Shown here piece by piece: positions 25,501 to 40,500 of a DNA stretch of 64,000 nt. The DNA is from Lytechinus pictus (lineage: Eukaryota), in the NCBI RefSeq assembly GCF_037042905.1, contig NC_087251.1, forward strand, positions 6,140,001-6,204,000, read 5' to 3'. Both the position numbers and the translations under genes were made by a program. The notes beneath the pieces were generated by a model. It was not told the DNA's origin. It did not search any database and was given only the letters and a program-made list of their open reading frames with translations. Position 1 is the first letter of the stretch; every line of letters starts with the position of its first letter.

Positions 25501-28500
25501 GTATCTTTTTAAACATAGAACATATGAGATTATATACTTAACCAGTTTCATAGCAATTTCTTAATACTCACATACTGTAATAAATTCCTAAGTTTTAATC
25601 AAGCATGCCATTTAATTTGTAAAGTTGGTTTTCATAAAAGTAGTAAAATAGGGAAATGTGTTAATGAAAGTTTGGCAAAAAATCCTAACAAAGCCACTCA
25701 ACTAGTCACAGGTACTTAAATAATATCATCAGACACACCATTTCAAACAGACTTCTATGAGAAAAGTATTTTTTAGTATCATTGAAATACTTTTCAAACA
25801 ATTAGACATGTACAGAAATTCATGGAATCTGTATTACATGACGTATATAGGGCAGCTGTTTGCATGAGATTCTTTGCTTGCTCTAATCAAATTTTGATCA
25901 ATATTTTTCTCTCGATTTCCTGCCTTTATCAATCAATTAGGCATCATGGTAAAGGCTCCTTTCATAATGTAGTATTGGTTCAAATAAAATGTTATAAGAT
26001 CAGGCTATATGATAAAAAAGAAAACAGATATCAGATTGCCTGAATGTTACTGTGTAAAATCTGGTCATATAGTAATTGCTGATCAAGCACTAACCTGCTA
26101 AATGGACTTCCCAGGTTAGGTCTCTTAGCAGGCGGTGCCCCAAGTCTCTCCATCAGTGAAAGCCTGTTTGAAAAAAAAATCACAAAAATGTTGGAAATCA
26201 TTTTTTAATCATTGTTTAATTCTTGGGTGTTCATTCTTTTTTACTTATCCCCATCATCCATCTCACTTTTATAAGTTACTTGATGAAGATATTAAATAAC
26301 GACATATTACTTTGACTGGTAAATTGCAAAGAATCCTTACCTCTGTACTGTTAATCCTCCGCCTCTACCCCGTACTCCTAATGCATCTATTGAAACTCTC
26401 CGCTGATCACCAGATATGCCTCTCTGATCCGCTGATAACCTTCTCTGGTCACCAGAGAGTCTCCTTTCAATCCTTTGATCACTTAAAGGTCTCCTTAAGT
26501 CACTTACATGCCTCCTCTGATCACCTGATATTCTTCTCTGCTCTCCAACAATGAGCCTTCTTGAATCTCCAACAGACACCCTGTTAACATGATATAGAGA
26601 TTGGGAATTATTAAGTGAAAGAAGATTCAGAGTCTTGCTCTAAATATGGCGACAGGTACTTTCATGCATTGCTTATCAGATGATGTTGAAGTTGTTACCC
26701 ACACTCTGCCAATGGACATCAGACTTCAAGAAATCTTGGCCACAACTCTCTGCAACTACATCTCCACTCTAGATTGGATGTTGATGTAGGGCTGGGACTA
26801 AAACATGGGTACCCGGGTCCCGCCAGGAAGCCTCGGGTACCCAAGTAGAAAAATCAATACCCGATTAGGCCCGTTTTGAAAGTCCATTTTTCATGCACGT
26901 GTACACGGCCTGTTTTGAATCAATGACTTAAGAATAAAGTCGAAATTAGTGTCATGAAGGTAGGAGCGTTTGTTAATCAAACTTTTATGGACAATATTTG
27001 ATTAAGATCGAAATAATCGCTTCCCATTACCCGCGGCTCATACCCAGGGACTCGATTTTAAGGCGGGCGAGAGCGATCGCGCGCTACATGCGCGCCTTAA
27101 TCCATTTTAGGTAGCGCGATTAATAGCGCGCCTCGCGATCGCTGAGCTGCGCGGAAATGCCTAAAGTCGCCCTCGAAATCACCCAAAATCATTGCCAAGT
27201 GATAACAACTCAACGGCCCACTAACGCCATATGTTCGAGCTCTGCTTACCATTTAAAAATCATCCAATATCCACACTCAAAATCATGAATAAGCCTTGAA
27301 AATAGCGAGGAACGCAGTTTCAAATTCCGAAGTTGCGTCTTTTTTTCTGTACCACGTATTTCCATACACATGGTACCAGGTATGGAAAAAAAAATCAACG
27401 CAACGGTTGGGAAACAGTTGCATGTATAGGGGTCCATTATGACTACCACGCACCATGTACAATTTCTAATGTACATGTTTCCCCTACAGATATCACAATT
27501 CAGAGTCTAGTAACCTAGCATTGGTGAGTTGTCATTCGGCTTTGCTTTTCAAAACGGCCTATTAACATCCAAAATAAGTTACCTTATTTATTAATTATAA
27601 CTAAAAAATCATTTATTTTCTTTTTCTAGGGGATGAGGTAAATAGCAGAAAATAAATCATCAAACAAAGCTCCATCTATTTTACAAGGCCAGCGGCAGGC
27701 TTACGCACGTACGCATTGGCGCATGTAGCCAGTCGGAGCTCTGTCTCTCTGCCAGAGCTCTGGGGGACAATTCGCTCAGTAAAGGCCTCAATGATGGTGA
27801 TTTTCTGTTTCAGACAGAGTTTACATTTCAGGTATATTATTCAAAACTGCCAATAAAGTTTGATGATTTCTTCATTGTCATGTATATTTAAGTTCTTAAT
27901 GAATACATTCTCACCGAATTTAGACTCCCCCATAGAGAAATGTGAAATGAGAAATTTTCGTGGAGATCTGCGTTTTCAAAGAACTTCAGGAAAAGTTAGG
28001 GTATGTGGGCCTTTATTACATGTACATGGCTGAGTTCAGGGTATTGTACTGGAATAGACGGAGTAGAAATTAGATATTGAATTCATTTATATCCAAGTCC
28101 AAATCACAGTCACACACACGCACAGTGCCACACACCCACACACACCCACATCCAAGATTCTAAGCATGAAAAAATAACTTTAAAAATCATACAATATTTA
28201 ACAAAAAGTAATAATTCATTAAAAAGTGAACAAGTATTCCTGAAAATACAAAGAAGTAGCATTTTAAAAAAGCCCCCGAAATGCAAAATTAGCCCCAAAA
28301 TTTGACAAAAAAATTAAAATGGAGCCCCTGAAATAAAAAATTGTCAGTGACTTAACTTCTAGCCAAAGTCAAAACCTCACTCAAACAGGTTTTACAATCT
28401 AATTACAATACATTGTAAAACAATTATAAATATTGCATATTCGATTGTTTCCTTCCTTTGGTTGTTGATTGTAACTAAGTACATATATTTCCTCCATCTG

Positions 28501-31500
28501 TTTTGTTAATTGGACAAAAAGCTCCCCTTGTATGTTGAAGAAGAGCTTTTTGCAGTGCTCCTCTACCGCTCTCCTTAAAAGTTCTAGGAGAGCTTTTTAT
28601 TGCTCCCCTCATAATTATAAAACTGAGTCCCTGCATACCCCTCTAAATGTCATTGCCCTAGGCGGCTACGCCCGGCCACTTGATGTGTTGTGAACTGGCA
28701 GGCGTCTATGCCATGGTACATGTTCGGGAGGGGTTACGAGGGGCTGGCTCAGAGCTATCACCATGGATAAACCGCACCCCCTACTTTTGCTTCTATCCCG
28801 CCGAGAAAAAGGTGCGGTAAATAGACCATCACTTACGGTACTCAAACTTTTCCATCCCATTTTGTTGCACAAATTCACTTCATCGCCCAGTGTGTTTGGT
28901 ATCGACAGAAACGGCCAATAATCTTATTTTAGAAAATGACGACACCCGATCACCGAGGGGAAAGGATAGAGAGCAGTAAGCAAATTTTGATGTGGTGTCA
29001 TGCAACAAATTTCATCACACTTTTCCATGCGCGATTTTGAGTCAGCAAAAAGAGCGCGCCCTCTCGCGGTTTTGTAGACAGCTGGCAGCCGTCTGTTTCG
29101 AGGAGTTTTTTAACATTTTAATTCTTTTTAATTTCTCCTTGTACACAGACGGCTAGCTATCGTGCAGCCACAATTAGGGGGTTAACAATGCAGAATCCCC
29201 CCGTCAGGGCTCATCGATTTTTGTCTTTATTCCATAAAAATATATCAAAAGAACTTGTCCAAAATAAAGATTATTATTCCGTTTTGGCCTGAAATGCACC
29301 AAAAGGAAAAGATAAACTTAAAAGGGGAAAAAACAGTGACTCTTACTTCGGCTGTCGCGCAACTCCCACTTCCTGAATCCTGGTTTATTCGAACTTAATA
29401 CATAAACATATGGCCATTGAGTCCCTGTACAGATCGAGATAGAACTTCAGTCTCTGTATTTGGTGAGTGGAGCCAACGGAGTTCAGAGGAACAGAGACCG
29501 AAGCTTTTTTTGGTCTGGCGGAGTAGCGGTTTTGCAAGTCGCTACCAAATCCGCCGAGGACCAAAATCTGCAAACATCAAGCCCCGTCAAACCCGGCGGA
29601 TATGGTTCCGATTAAAAACGATATATTTAGAACGATATCTGCAGGCAGATACGGTATCCGCCGATTTCCCCAAATCCGCCGCTACACCGGCCGTGCACAG
29701 TGTGTGGTTGAGCGTTACCCAGGGGCCCGTTTCTCAACACCTGGACAAGTTAGTCATATCTTTATCCATCAACCACTGAGTAAGTTCCAATCTTACTAAA
29801 CCCGTTTCACGAAAGGCTTCCAAACTAGAATCCATTGATATCGATACTACCGGTAGAAAGAGCAGACGAGACGCAGCCTTAGTCACAAAATAGCATAATT
29901 TTCAAAAAGAAAAATTATGACAAAATTGCAAATATTGTGATCAATTGGGAAATAAATTATGGGCACCAATAAATGAAATACCTTCAAAAACATAATTCAA
30001 GATTATTATTGGCGATAACACTTTTCTGCAATTAATTTAAAACGATGACTAATAAAGAAAAATTGAAAAAAATATACGTGCCTGGAACGAAACCAGCAGT
30101 ACAGGCTTTAACGAACATCAATAATACGGTATACCAAAGTCTTTACAATGAAAAGATTGGACACTTCACGGACTTTGCGTAATGACCTGCGTCAATTTGC
30201 GTGTAAAATAGTGTAGGTGCCTAGTCTTTCCCTTGTCGTGTCTTTGATATGAATATAAATCGCGCGCCCTCTTTAGACGAAAATTGATATCGGCGCTGAC
30301 CAAATTTTATCTCCATGAAATCTTCACTAAAGATCAAGAAAATATACATATTTTTTAGAAGAAACTTCAAGGAGAAGTCACGGAAGGATCTAAATGATTG
30401 GGTAAGTGTCATAGCAGAATGTGAAATCCCTAATTATGTGTGATGTTTTATGTGGGCGAAAGCCCAGTAGTAAATGGATGTGTCGTGTGTGTCGCGTTTT
30501 ATTATGAATGATATTCCTTCGCACGCGAGATGATATGAGCCCATGGGTGCCTAACACCTGGCATTGTGATGTATAGGCTCCTACGTACCGATAACTATAA
30601 AAATGCGCCAAACTGCTAGTTATGTTTAGAATCTGAGGTCACGACTGCTGTACATGGGTAACAATATTGGTTGGCAACGTTTGGCAAAAAATGTATAGTA
30701 ATGGTTACAAAATGACGAATAAATTATATGAAGTAATAAAAGTAGAAGAGAGTTTACTTACAGTTGTTGACATCGCCATCTTTGATCCTTTGTTAATGCA
30801 ACCTAATTACGAAATACATATAGAAAACATATTGCATCTTGCCTTCTACGGCGCGTTCTCGAACAATTGACCTAGCAAAATGGCTGCGGTCACGTGACTT
30901 ATCGAGTTTGCCGGCGATGTTTTGCTTGGGTGTACACGACTTCCACGTATTTATAGTTCAGTGGTTGAAGCGGGACATTTTAGCACTTTTTAATCTAGCA
31001 CCACTCATGATTTTGCCGCCCTCTATACGCGTCACGTAACTAGGTTGCATTAACAAAGGATCAAAGATGGCGATGTCAACAAGTGTAAGTAAACTCTCTT
31101 CTACTTTTATTACTTCATATAATTTTTTGCCAAACGTTGCCAACCAATATTGTTACCCATGTACAGCAGTCGTGACCTCAGATTCTAAACATAACTAGCA
31201 GTTTGGCGCATTTTTATAGTTGCCTTTTCCCTCGGTACGTAGGAGCCTATACATCACAATGCCAGGCGTTAGGGGAGTGACCATACGTACAGTATATTAC
31301 TTTCACTCCCCAGACGCCTCCAGGCTATTATCGACCACCTAATCTTCTAAATCTAAGCATCGTATCTGCGAAAATATTCATCAATTTTACCCAGTTTTTG
31401 TCTCATTTGTGCAGAAAATTGAGCAGATCAAATTTCCATGTTTCGCTCGGCGACTCAGATTCAATCCGCGTATATATCGACGAACAACAAATGCAACGAT

Positions 31501-34500
31501 TTTCCATTTGCTCATTTGCACCCGTCTTTTGAAACCGACCACCCGCGATACACTAAGTTTACGGCCGATTCTTGTCGCGGTGGCGAAATATTTTTACTCT
31601 TTCAAATCAGTTGTATGACGTCAACATGCTAAATGATCGCCTCACTACTTCCGCTGCGAGCTTTGGCGCATGATTCGACGATTGACGGCGGATATTTGTT
31701 TTAAAGCCGTTTCCTATCGGATTTCTTGGTTTTTCAGCAGGGTTTGGGTTTGGTCAATACAATTTTGATTAATTCTACTAAATTTTTACTTTTTGTTGCT
31801 TCTTTTTTTCTCGTAAAATCGATTTTTACCGTTTCTATGGAGCCTGCTCTCCCGCGCGTATCGTTTGTAATACGCAATAATTTTAACGCGCGCAAGGTGG
31901 TCGGTTTCAAAAGAGGTGGTCGATATTTGGTAGTCTCACCATACTTAGACCATGAAGACTGGAGCATTCAATTACAGAGAAAATTAAATTATGAATCATT
32001 CATTTCATGACTAAAAAATCACTTGTGGACGTTGAGATGGGTATCCCCGGGATATCCAATTTTGATAGTTTACGAAAGTAAACCATAACGGTTTTCTTTG
32101 TAAAATGATGATAATTATACGGTCTTTTACGATTCCAAACGTCATCAAAATGTAGTTCAATGAAACATTTTTAATCATTGATACCGAAACATACGATATT
32201 TGACAAATTGTATGCATGAATTAGAGATAGAAATTTATCCAACTGTCTGAAAGGGGTCTGAAAACAACAAATACGAGTTCAGTTATGGATGGCCTGACGT
32301 GGTAGAATCTTTATCGATTAAATCATTTTACTATTTCAAAATGAATGGTTTTGTGGCGTCTTACCAACAGTTTTTATAGTTTCATTGTATTACAATTATC
32401 ATTGAATGCATTAACCCACTTGTTTTGTGATGTAATATCAACCTCTATGATTGATTACGTAAGATTATAATTGCAAAATTTCTAGGCACTTTTGCATGTC
32501 ATAGTCTACTCACGTGATGCCATACGTCATTAAGAAAGAAGTTATGACAGGTTCGGAGGTGTCATAAATATTTAGTGAGGTTGTTGTACCCGATCTTGGT
32601 AAAGAGGGCTTCGTGAAACGGTTAGCGGACAAGTAGCTCACTATCTCCGATTTAGTCAAGAAGTTAGACTTATGACGGTGTTGAGAAACGGAGTCTAACT
32701 TCTTGACTAAATCGGAGATAGTGAGCTACTTGTCCGCTAACTGTTTCACGAAGCCCTCTTTGCCAAGATCTGGGACAACAACCTGACTAAATATTTATGA
32801 CACCTCCAAACCTGTCATAACTTTTTTATTCATGACGTAGTGGCATCACGTGGGTAGACTATGACATGCAAAAGTACCTCGAAATTTGAAAATAATAATC
32901 TTACGTAATTAATAAAATAAGTTTAAATTACATTGCAAAACAAGTGTGATAGGTCATTCAATAATTATTGTAATACACAGAAACTATAAAAACTGTTGGT
33001 AAAACCATGGACCTATTACGAATGGACATTCAACGAATCCCCTCCTTTGACACAGAGACCGTCGCCGCTAATCCTTTTATAAACAGAGCGCTGGCAGCTG
33101 ACACCCATCAAGCCGGTCGTAAAACATGCTCTCACTGATTGACAGCGGAAATCAATTGTACGCTGCTCCTACCCATTGCGATGTTGTTCGTTCACTTTAT
33201 CAAAAGCAACGCACAGCAGCGAACGTTAGCGCTATGAAAATGATAGCAGAAACAAGAAAACAGGCGTGCATAAACGTATTTTTTACGTACATCGCTAACA
33301 ACCGGAAATGAAATGCATTGACATCACCTTGCAGATCCGTATATCTACGGCAAAAAAGCAGTTGAAATTCGACGAAAAAATCTGCGGAAAAACGTTAAAA
33401 TCTCAGCTTTTTCGGACAGTATCGATGTCGATAGTAGCGCTTACCTTCGGTCAGAAGTTGATTTTCATTTGGGCATAAAATTCCACAGGATTGATGAAAT
33501 TTAACGTTATTTTTTTTGATGGACAGACGACAATCGCACATTATAGAGAGCCTAAAATAATGTACTGAAAAACCGGATATGAATTGCGCATTGCATTCTA
33601 GGTAATGTAAGGACTTTCCCTATTGGCAATCGGGGCTACAACATGACCGTCTTTGGTCGAAAGAGGGCCAGTGATCAATCGGTGACGATCATCGGGCGAA
33701 AGGAGCTTGTGTAAACAATCACCCCGGGCGGTCGTTGTAAAAACCGCGTAAAGAGAAAGTTAAGGGTTAGACAGCAATTTTGACAGCTGGAAACAGGTGG
33801 TGGTCATAAAATGCTCTCGTTGAATGTCCATTCGTAATAGGTCCATGGTAAAACGAAACAAAACCATTCATTTTTAAATAGTAAAATAATTGAATAGATA
33901 AAAGATTCTACCACGTCAGGCCATCCATCACTGGACTCGTATTCGTTGTTTTCAGACCATTATCAACATTTCGATAAATTCTACCTCTAATTTATGCAAA
34001 GAATTTGTCGAATCGTGTGTTTCGGTATCTTAAGATTTCAAATATTTATGTTGCACTATATTTTGATGATGTTTGGAACCATAAATAAACGTATAATTAG
34101 GTGATCTGTCAATCGACAGATCAACTATTAATTTCGTACGAATTTTCTTTTTTATTTATTATTTCTTAACTTTTATTTTTCCACCCTTTTCTTGTTAGCG
34201 TAAAATCTCAAAATCCACATCATCAATATCTTCAAAATATCATCAGATATGGGGACTTATCATGTCATCTGTATGAAACAAGTTCAAGGTCAAAAGGTCA
34301 TCATGACGTCATCTAGACGCCATTTTGTAAAATCACATTATCGATCATATCTTCATTATCAATTATCAAAAATTAACCATATTTACATCACATTAACTTA
34401 AGGTCAAGGGTCAACTGTCCATGTCATCAAAGGTCACGACGCGCGCGTCAAAATTTTAAAATGCTCAAAATCACTTTTTGACCAAAGTAGAGTATGATTC

Positions 34501-37500
34501 AGGTCATTTTAAGCATTTCAAAAATTTGCGCGCGCGCACGGTTCTGCGCGCATTCTCGCGCGTAACGGCACTATACAACATAGGATCGCCATTTTTTAAA
34601 TCTCAATGCACCGATAATATAATTCTGAACAATTTGATACCTTGATCAACCTTTTACGACAAGTAATAATGAAATTAGCCTCCATCAAAGTTTACAGCAC
34701 GCGCACGTGCGCGCGCGCGCACTAACCATAGACAATATATGTGCAAAAACATGCCTATACAAAATTCATTATAGCTCTTCAGGAAGTCCGTTGACCCCCC
34801 ATTTTTTTTTCATATTCGAATAGAGTATGGATGGGAGATATGATTTCATGTCACATTTGACCCGCAATTTTATCATGACGTCATCAAAATGGCGTCAAAA
34901 CTCAAAATTCCCATTTTGCTACTTATGACGTCATCATAATTATGCAAATTTGACTCTAACTCCGTAAATATTGGTCAATTTTCGCTCAGTTTCTTATGTT
35001 TTGTAGCTGAGGACATACTCTATCTAATGGGTTTGCTTTATTTACATTTTAAGGAACGGATCATCCTAAAAAATTATGATTTAAAGAGGCATGTCATTTT
35101 TGCTCATTTTGCGTGTAATCTCTATGGGAAATGTCTTTTTCTCAAAACTGGATTTTATATTCCTCTATTTCGCGAGCCATATCTCCACTATTTTTTGTCG
35201 CTTTTCTTTGAGCTTTGAGTATGTTGTAGCTGAGATTCTAAGCTATCGTAAGTGTGGTCTCCATTTTCCAATCAAATGCTAGGATCATGCCCGTATTTCT
35301 CTTGCAAAATTGGATTTGAGATCCTCCTAATTTGCTTGTGTGTAAAGTCTATGGGAAACAGTGTAGCTCAATTGGTAAGGCATCAGACTTGCGTCCTTAG
35401 AGTCCAGGGTTCGAGCCCAGGGGTGAACATGAGAATTTTTTTTTTTCAACATTTCACAAATGGTCCTTTAAGTTTATGACCATTACAATGTATACAAAAT
35501 AAAACATTGGACAATAAAAGAGATTAAAATCCCTTTTAATGTTGAATATGTACATGTACAATATGTGTATGACACACTTTCTCACACAACTTTCTCATTT
35601 CCCTCTTTTTCAAGAGTATTCAACACATTCTTTTTGTATTAAGAGAAGTTTAGTTTTCATCATGATGATCATATTGATCTCAATAAACATGCTGATTGTC
35701 ATCGTGATCATGAAATCAGAGACAGATCACCTAATTCGTCCTCATGACGAATTAAAATTCTAGTTATCATTATTTTACAAACAAGTGGAACGCCTCTGGC
35801 AGTCTCGCCTGCATCACGCAATTTAATATAGCAGCAGTGCTAACTTTGAAAACTACTATAAAATAATCATTCACAAAAACATCATTCATATAATGACATA
35901 ATACCACGTTCATTGACCATAAATTATATTTGAACGGAGACTTAAGACTGTCAACTACACCCATGTCCACATTTCATTCACTCTATCCATAAACTTTCAA
36001 AGTTATGATGGCACTTCAACAATTACCCCAACATGGCCTAAGTTTATTGACCTTAACTGACCTTTGACTTGGTTTTGTGACCTGAAACTCACAGGGGATG
36101 TTCAGTGATGCTTGATTACTCTTATATCCCAAGTTTTATGAACTAGATCCATAAACTTTCAGAGTTAGGATGGTAATTCAACAAATACCCCCAACACGGC
36201 CAAAGTTAATTGACCTTTAATGACCTTTGACCATGGTCATGTGACCTGAAACTCGTACAGGATGTTCAGTGATACTTGATTACTCTTATGTCCAAGTTTT
36301 ATGAACTAGATCCATAAACTTTCAGAGTTAGGATGGTAATTTAACATATACCCCCAACACGGCCAAAGTTCATTGACCTTAAATGACCATTGACCATGGT
36401 CATGTGACCTGAAACTCGCACAGGATATTCAGTGGTACTTGATTAACCTAATGTCCAAGTTTCATGAACTAAATCCATAAATTTTCAAAGTTATGATGGT
36501 AATTCAACAAATACCCCCAACTTGGCCAAAGTTCATTGACCCTAAATGACCTTTGACCTTGGTCATGTGACCTGAAACTCAGGCAGGATGTTCACTAATA
36601 CTTGATTAACCTTATGTCCAAGTTTCATGGACTAGATCCATAAATTTTCAAAGTTATGATAGTAATTCAACAAATACCCCCAACCTGACCAAAGTTCATT
36701 GACCCTAAATGACCTTTGACCTTGGTCACGTGACCTGAAACTCGAGCAGGATGTTCACTAATACTTGATTAACCTTATGCCCAAGTTTCATGAACTAGGT
36801 CCATATACTTTCTAAGTTATGATGTCATTTCAAAAACTTAACCTTCGGTTAAGATTTTGAAAATAATTTTCCCAACATGGTCTAAGTTCATTGACCCTAA
36901 ATGACCTTTGACCTTGGTCATGTGACCTGAAACTCAGGCAGGATGTTCAGTAATACTTGATTAACCTTATGTCCAAGTTTCATGAACTAGGTCTATATCC
37001 TTTCTAAGTTATGATGTCATTTCAAAAACTTAACCTTAGGTTAAGATTTGATGTTGACGCCGCCGCCGCCGCCGCCGTCGGAAAAGCGGCGCCTATAGTC
37101 TCGCTCTGCTATGCAGGCGAGACAATAAAACCATTGTGGTTTACTTTCGTAAATCATTAAAATTTACTATCCCAGGGGTACCCATCTCAACGTCCACATG
37201 TGATTTTTTAGTCATGAAATGAATTATTCATAATTTCATTTTCTCAGCAATTGATTGCTAAAGTCTTCATGGTCTAAATATGCAAGGTAGGATGGGGGGT
37301 CGGGTGTCCGGACACTTTATATTTTTGAAGCCTTCTTTTTTGTCTTAGGATTACACTAAAAATATGAATTCAATGGAAGTAATCATCTTCTATTTTGTTC
37401 TTTATAATATTTCCTAATATTTTGTACTAAAAATTGATGAAACTTCGCTTGTATATTTTTCCAAATGACTTTCTAAAATTGATCATCCGGACACACAACA

Positions 37501-40500
37501 ACTGGGTATACATATTTTGCCTCTGTTATTATTTTGATTAGATGTATTTCCAAATTCATCGCAATAATTGAAGTTTTATCATATTTTTGCTTTATAAAAA
37601 TTAAGCTTTTTTGTGACTAAGGCTACGTCTCGTCTAGCCTGGAGGCGTCTGGGGAGTGAAAGTATATACTGTACGTATGGTCACTCCCCTAACGCCTGGC
37701 GTTGTGATGTATAGACTCCTACGTACCGAGGGAAAAGGCAACTATAAAAATGCGCCAAACTGCTAGTTATGTTTAGAATCTGAGGTCACGACTGCTGTAC
37801 ATGGGGAACAATATTGGTTGGCAACGTTTGGCAAAAAATGGATGGTAATGGTTATAAAAAAGAAGAATAAATTATATGAAGTAATAAAAGTAGAAGAGAG
37901 TTTACTTACACTTGTTGACATCGCCATATTTGATCCTTTGTTAATGCAACCTAGTTACGTGACGCGTATAGAGGGCGGCAAAATCATGAGCGGTGCTAGA
38001 TTAAAAAGTGCTAAAATGTCCCGCTTCAACCACTGAACTATAAATACGTGGAAGTCGTGTACACCCAAGCAAAACATCGCCGGCGAACTCGATAAGTCAC
38101 GTGACCGCCGCCATTTTGCTAGGTCAATTGTTCGAGAACGCGCCGTAGAAGGCAAGATGCAATATGTTTTCTCTATGTATTTCTAGTTCAGTGGTTGAAG
38201 CGGGACATTTTAGCACTTTTTAAGATAGCACCGCTCATGATTTTGCCGCCCTCTATACGCGTCACGTAACTAGGTTGCATTAACAAAGGATCAAAGATGG
38301 CATTTCTGCCCGTTCCCCCTTTTGAGATTTATAGTAAACATTTTGGAATTAAATATGTTGTTAATACTAGTTATGTGCCCCCCCCCCCCCCCCTCATGAG
38401 AATCACGTACAGCATTATTTGTAATGGGGATATTTCGTTCATTTTCTTTACTATTTTTGGCCTTTTTTTTTATTGCCAAATTCAAAATTTTACTGGGAAC
38501 AAATTAACAATATGACTTTCTATACATCACTTTTAGGGACAAACCTTTTTATGGGGGTGGGGGTTGGGGGCTTGCCAAATATAATCAATGGTGGAAAAAA
38601 TGACCTTCTTTTTAGTGACAACTTTATAAAAAAATTGTCAAATTTTACGCGAGACAAAATGACCTTCGATCATTGCTATAGTTAAAACCTTTTTTTTTTT
38701 GGGGGGGGGTTGCCAAATATCACGTGGACAAAATGACTTTCCCTTTTCTTATTTTTGTGGGGGGGGGGGGGCTTGCCGAATATTACGCGGACAAAATGAC
38801 TTTCATTTTGAGTGACCATTTTTTTTTAACTTGTCAAACTTTACGCGAGACAATATAATGACTGGTTTTTTTTTTTAGTAAGAACCTTTTTTGGGAGTTG
38901 TCAAATTTTACTTGAGAAAATTCACCCCGCCCCCCCCCCCCCTACTTAATTTGGAAAATCTTGGATGCGCCTCTATATAGTTTGAATCATAATGAAGATT
39001 AAGATCATGCGTATACATCCACTGCAGAGGCGTAAACCGCCGGGGGCATGCAGGCTGGCCCTTGATCCCCGGTCCAGTGGATTTCACCAAAAAAAAACGG
39101 GATAAGAGAAAAGGAATGAAGGAAGGAAAAGAAAGAAAGAAAGACAGAAAGAGAAAGGGAAGAGAAATAAAAGGCCATAAAAAAGCAAAAGGAAAGAAAA
39201 ATGCATGCGAGAATAATTCCGAATGTTATGTCAAAATCTATTGCAAAATTGATATTTGTAATAAAAGTGACAAAGGTTTTGCTCGCTCGCCTCTTCATCT
39301 GGTAGGCGCGTAGCTAGGGGCGGTGCCCCCCGAAAAGGTCCCTCCCCCCCAAAAAAAATAAGGAGGGAATAGAGAAAATAAAAAGCGAAATGAGAAAAGG
39401 GGGATGTATATAACTTAGTTTATAATTGTTTTTCCTTTTTTTGGGGGGAAGGGGTCAAAACATTAACGTTATGTTTTTCTATAAATATGTCTAATTGCTA
39501 AATATCCAGAGTTATCGAGACCCACCTGCTGATATTGCACTGGGTGTACACGATGGAAGGGTTAGGCCCAGGGGCCCCCAAAAGTTCTACAACCAAGATA
39601 AAAAAGAAATGAAGGGAATTAATGAAAAGAAAAGGAAAAGTGTAAGTTAAGATATCTATCTCAAATTTAGATTTGCACGAAAAGTTTTTTTCTCGCTTGC
39701 TTCACTCGCTTGGAACATATAAAGCAACTTTATTCCCACGCGCCATGTTAGACAGCTGGCAGCCGTCTGTTTCGAGGAGTTTTTTAACATTTTTTAAAAT
39801 TTTATTCTCCTCGTACACAGACGGCTCGCTAGCGTGCAGCCACCATTAGGGGACTTGCAATGCGAAATCCCCCCGTCGGGGCTCTTCAATTTTTGTCTTT
39901 AATGAATAAATATTTTGAAAATTAACGCGACCAAAATGCAAATTAATATTCCCTCTTAGCATTTATTGCCCAAAAACGGAGAAAAATCAAGTTAAAAGGA
40001 ACAAAAACAGTGACTTACCTCGGCTGTCGCGCAAATTCACTTCCCCGTTTTATCCGATCTTAAAGTATACATCCAAAGAAAATTCACGAAAGTGATGATT
40101 ATAGACAAATTATATAGAATGGAAAGGTCTTGTCTTTTTATACACAAATATGTCACTAAAAAGTCTTATTGATGTCGTGGAAATGCAAGAAATGAAATTA
40201 TTAGAGACCATTCTAAGCCCCCCAGCCGCCCTCCAAACCGACAGTTCACGCAGTGAAAACAGTCGAGAATAATGACGTCACACAATAATCGAGCTCATCA
40301 TCCCTCTGTGCATAATACACTGAATCACCTTACTGACCTCTTCAATATCTTCCGAATTTACCGTTTTCTTCATGTAATGTGACATCCGAATTCTGTTTTC
40401 GACAACTTCAGACTATAAGGGAACCAGAACTGTGTTATTTTGCCCGTTTTTTATTGAATTGTGAACTGGAAAGATCGATTTTGTCCACTCGACAGTCTTC

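Larger units (their letters stand above)
32692..37634 (-). mobile_element. Inverted second copy of the 29723-32691 family, split by nested insertions
   Basis: 32692-33005, 33848-34096, 35764-35779 and 37126-37282 join into the reverse complement of 31940-32670. 37558-37634 is the reverse complement of 29865-29942. Confidence 0.75.

Noticed and set aside
35361..35423. Functional tRNA gene (also 43153-43216)
   Set aside because: No pairing acceptor stem, an imperfect T stem, and both lie inside mobile elements.
30667..38155. Repeated short ORFs (KLYEVIKVEESLLT.., MPSTARSRT..)
   Set aside because: They recur only because they are translations of the same non-coding foldback repeat.
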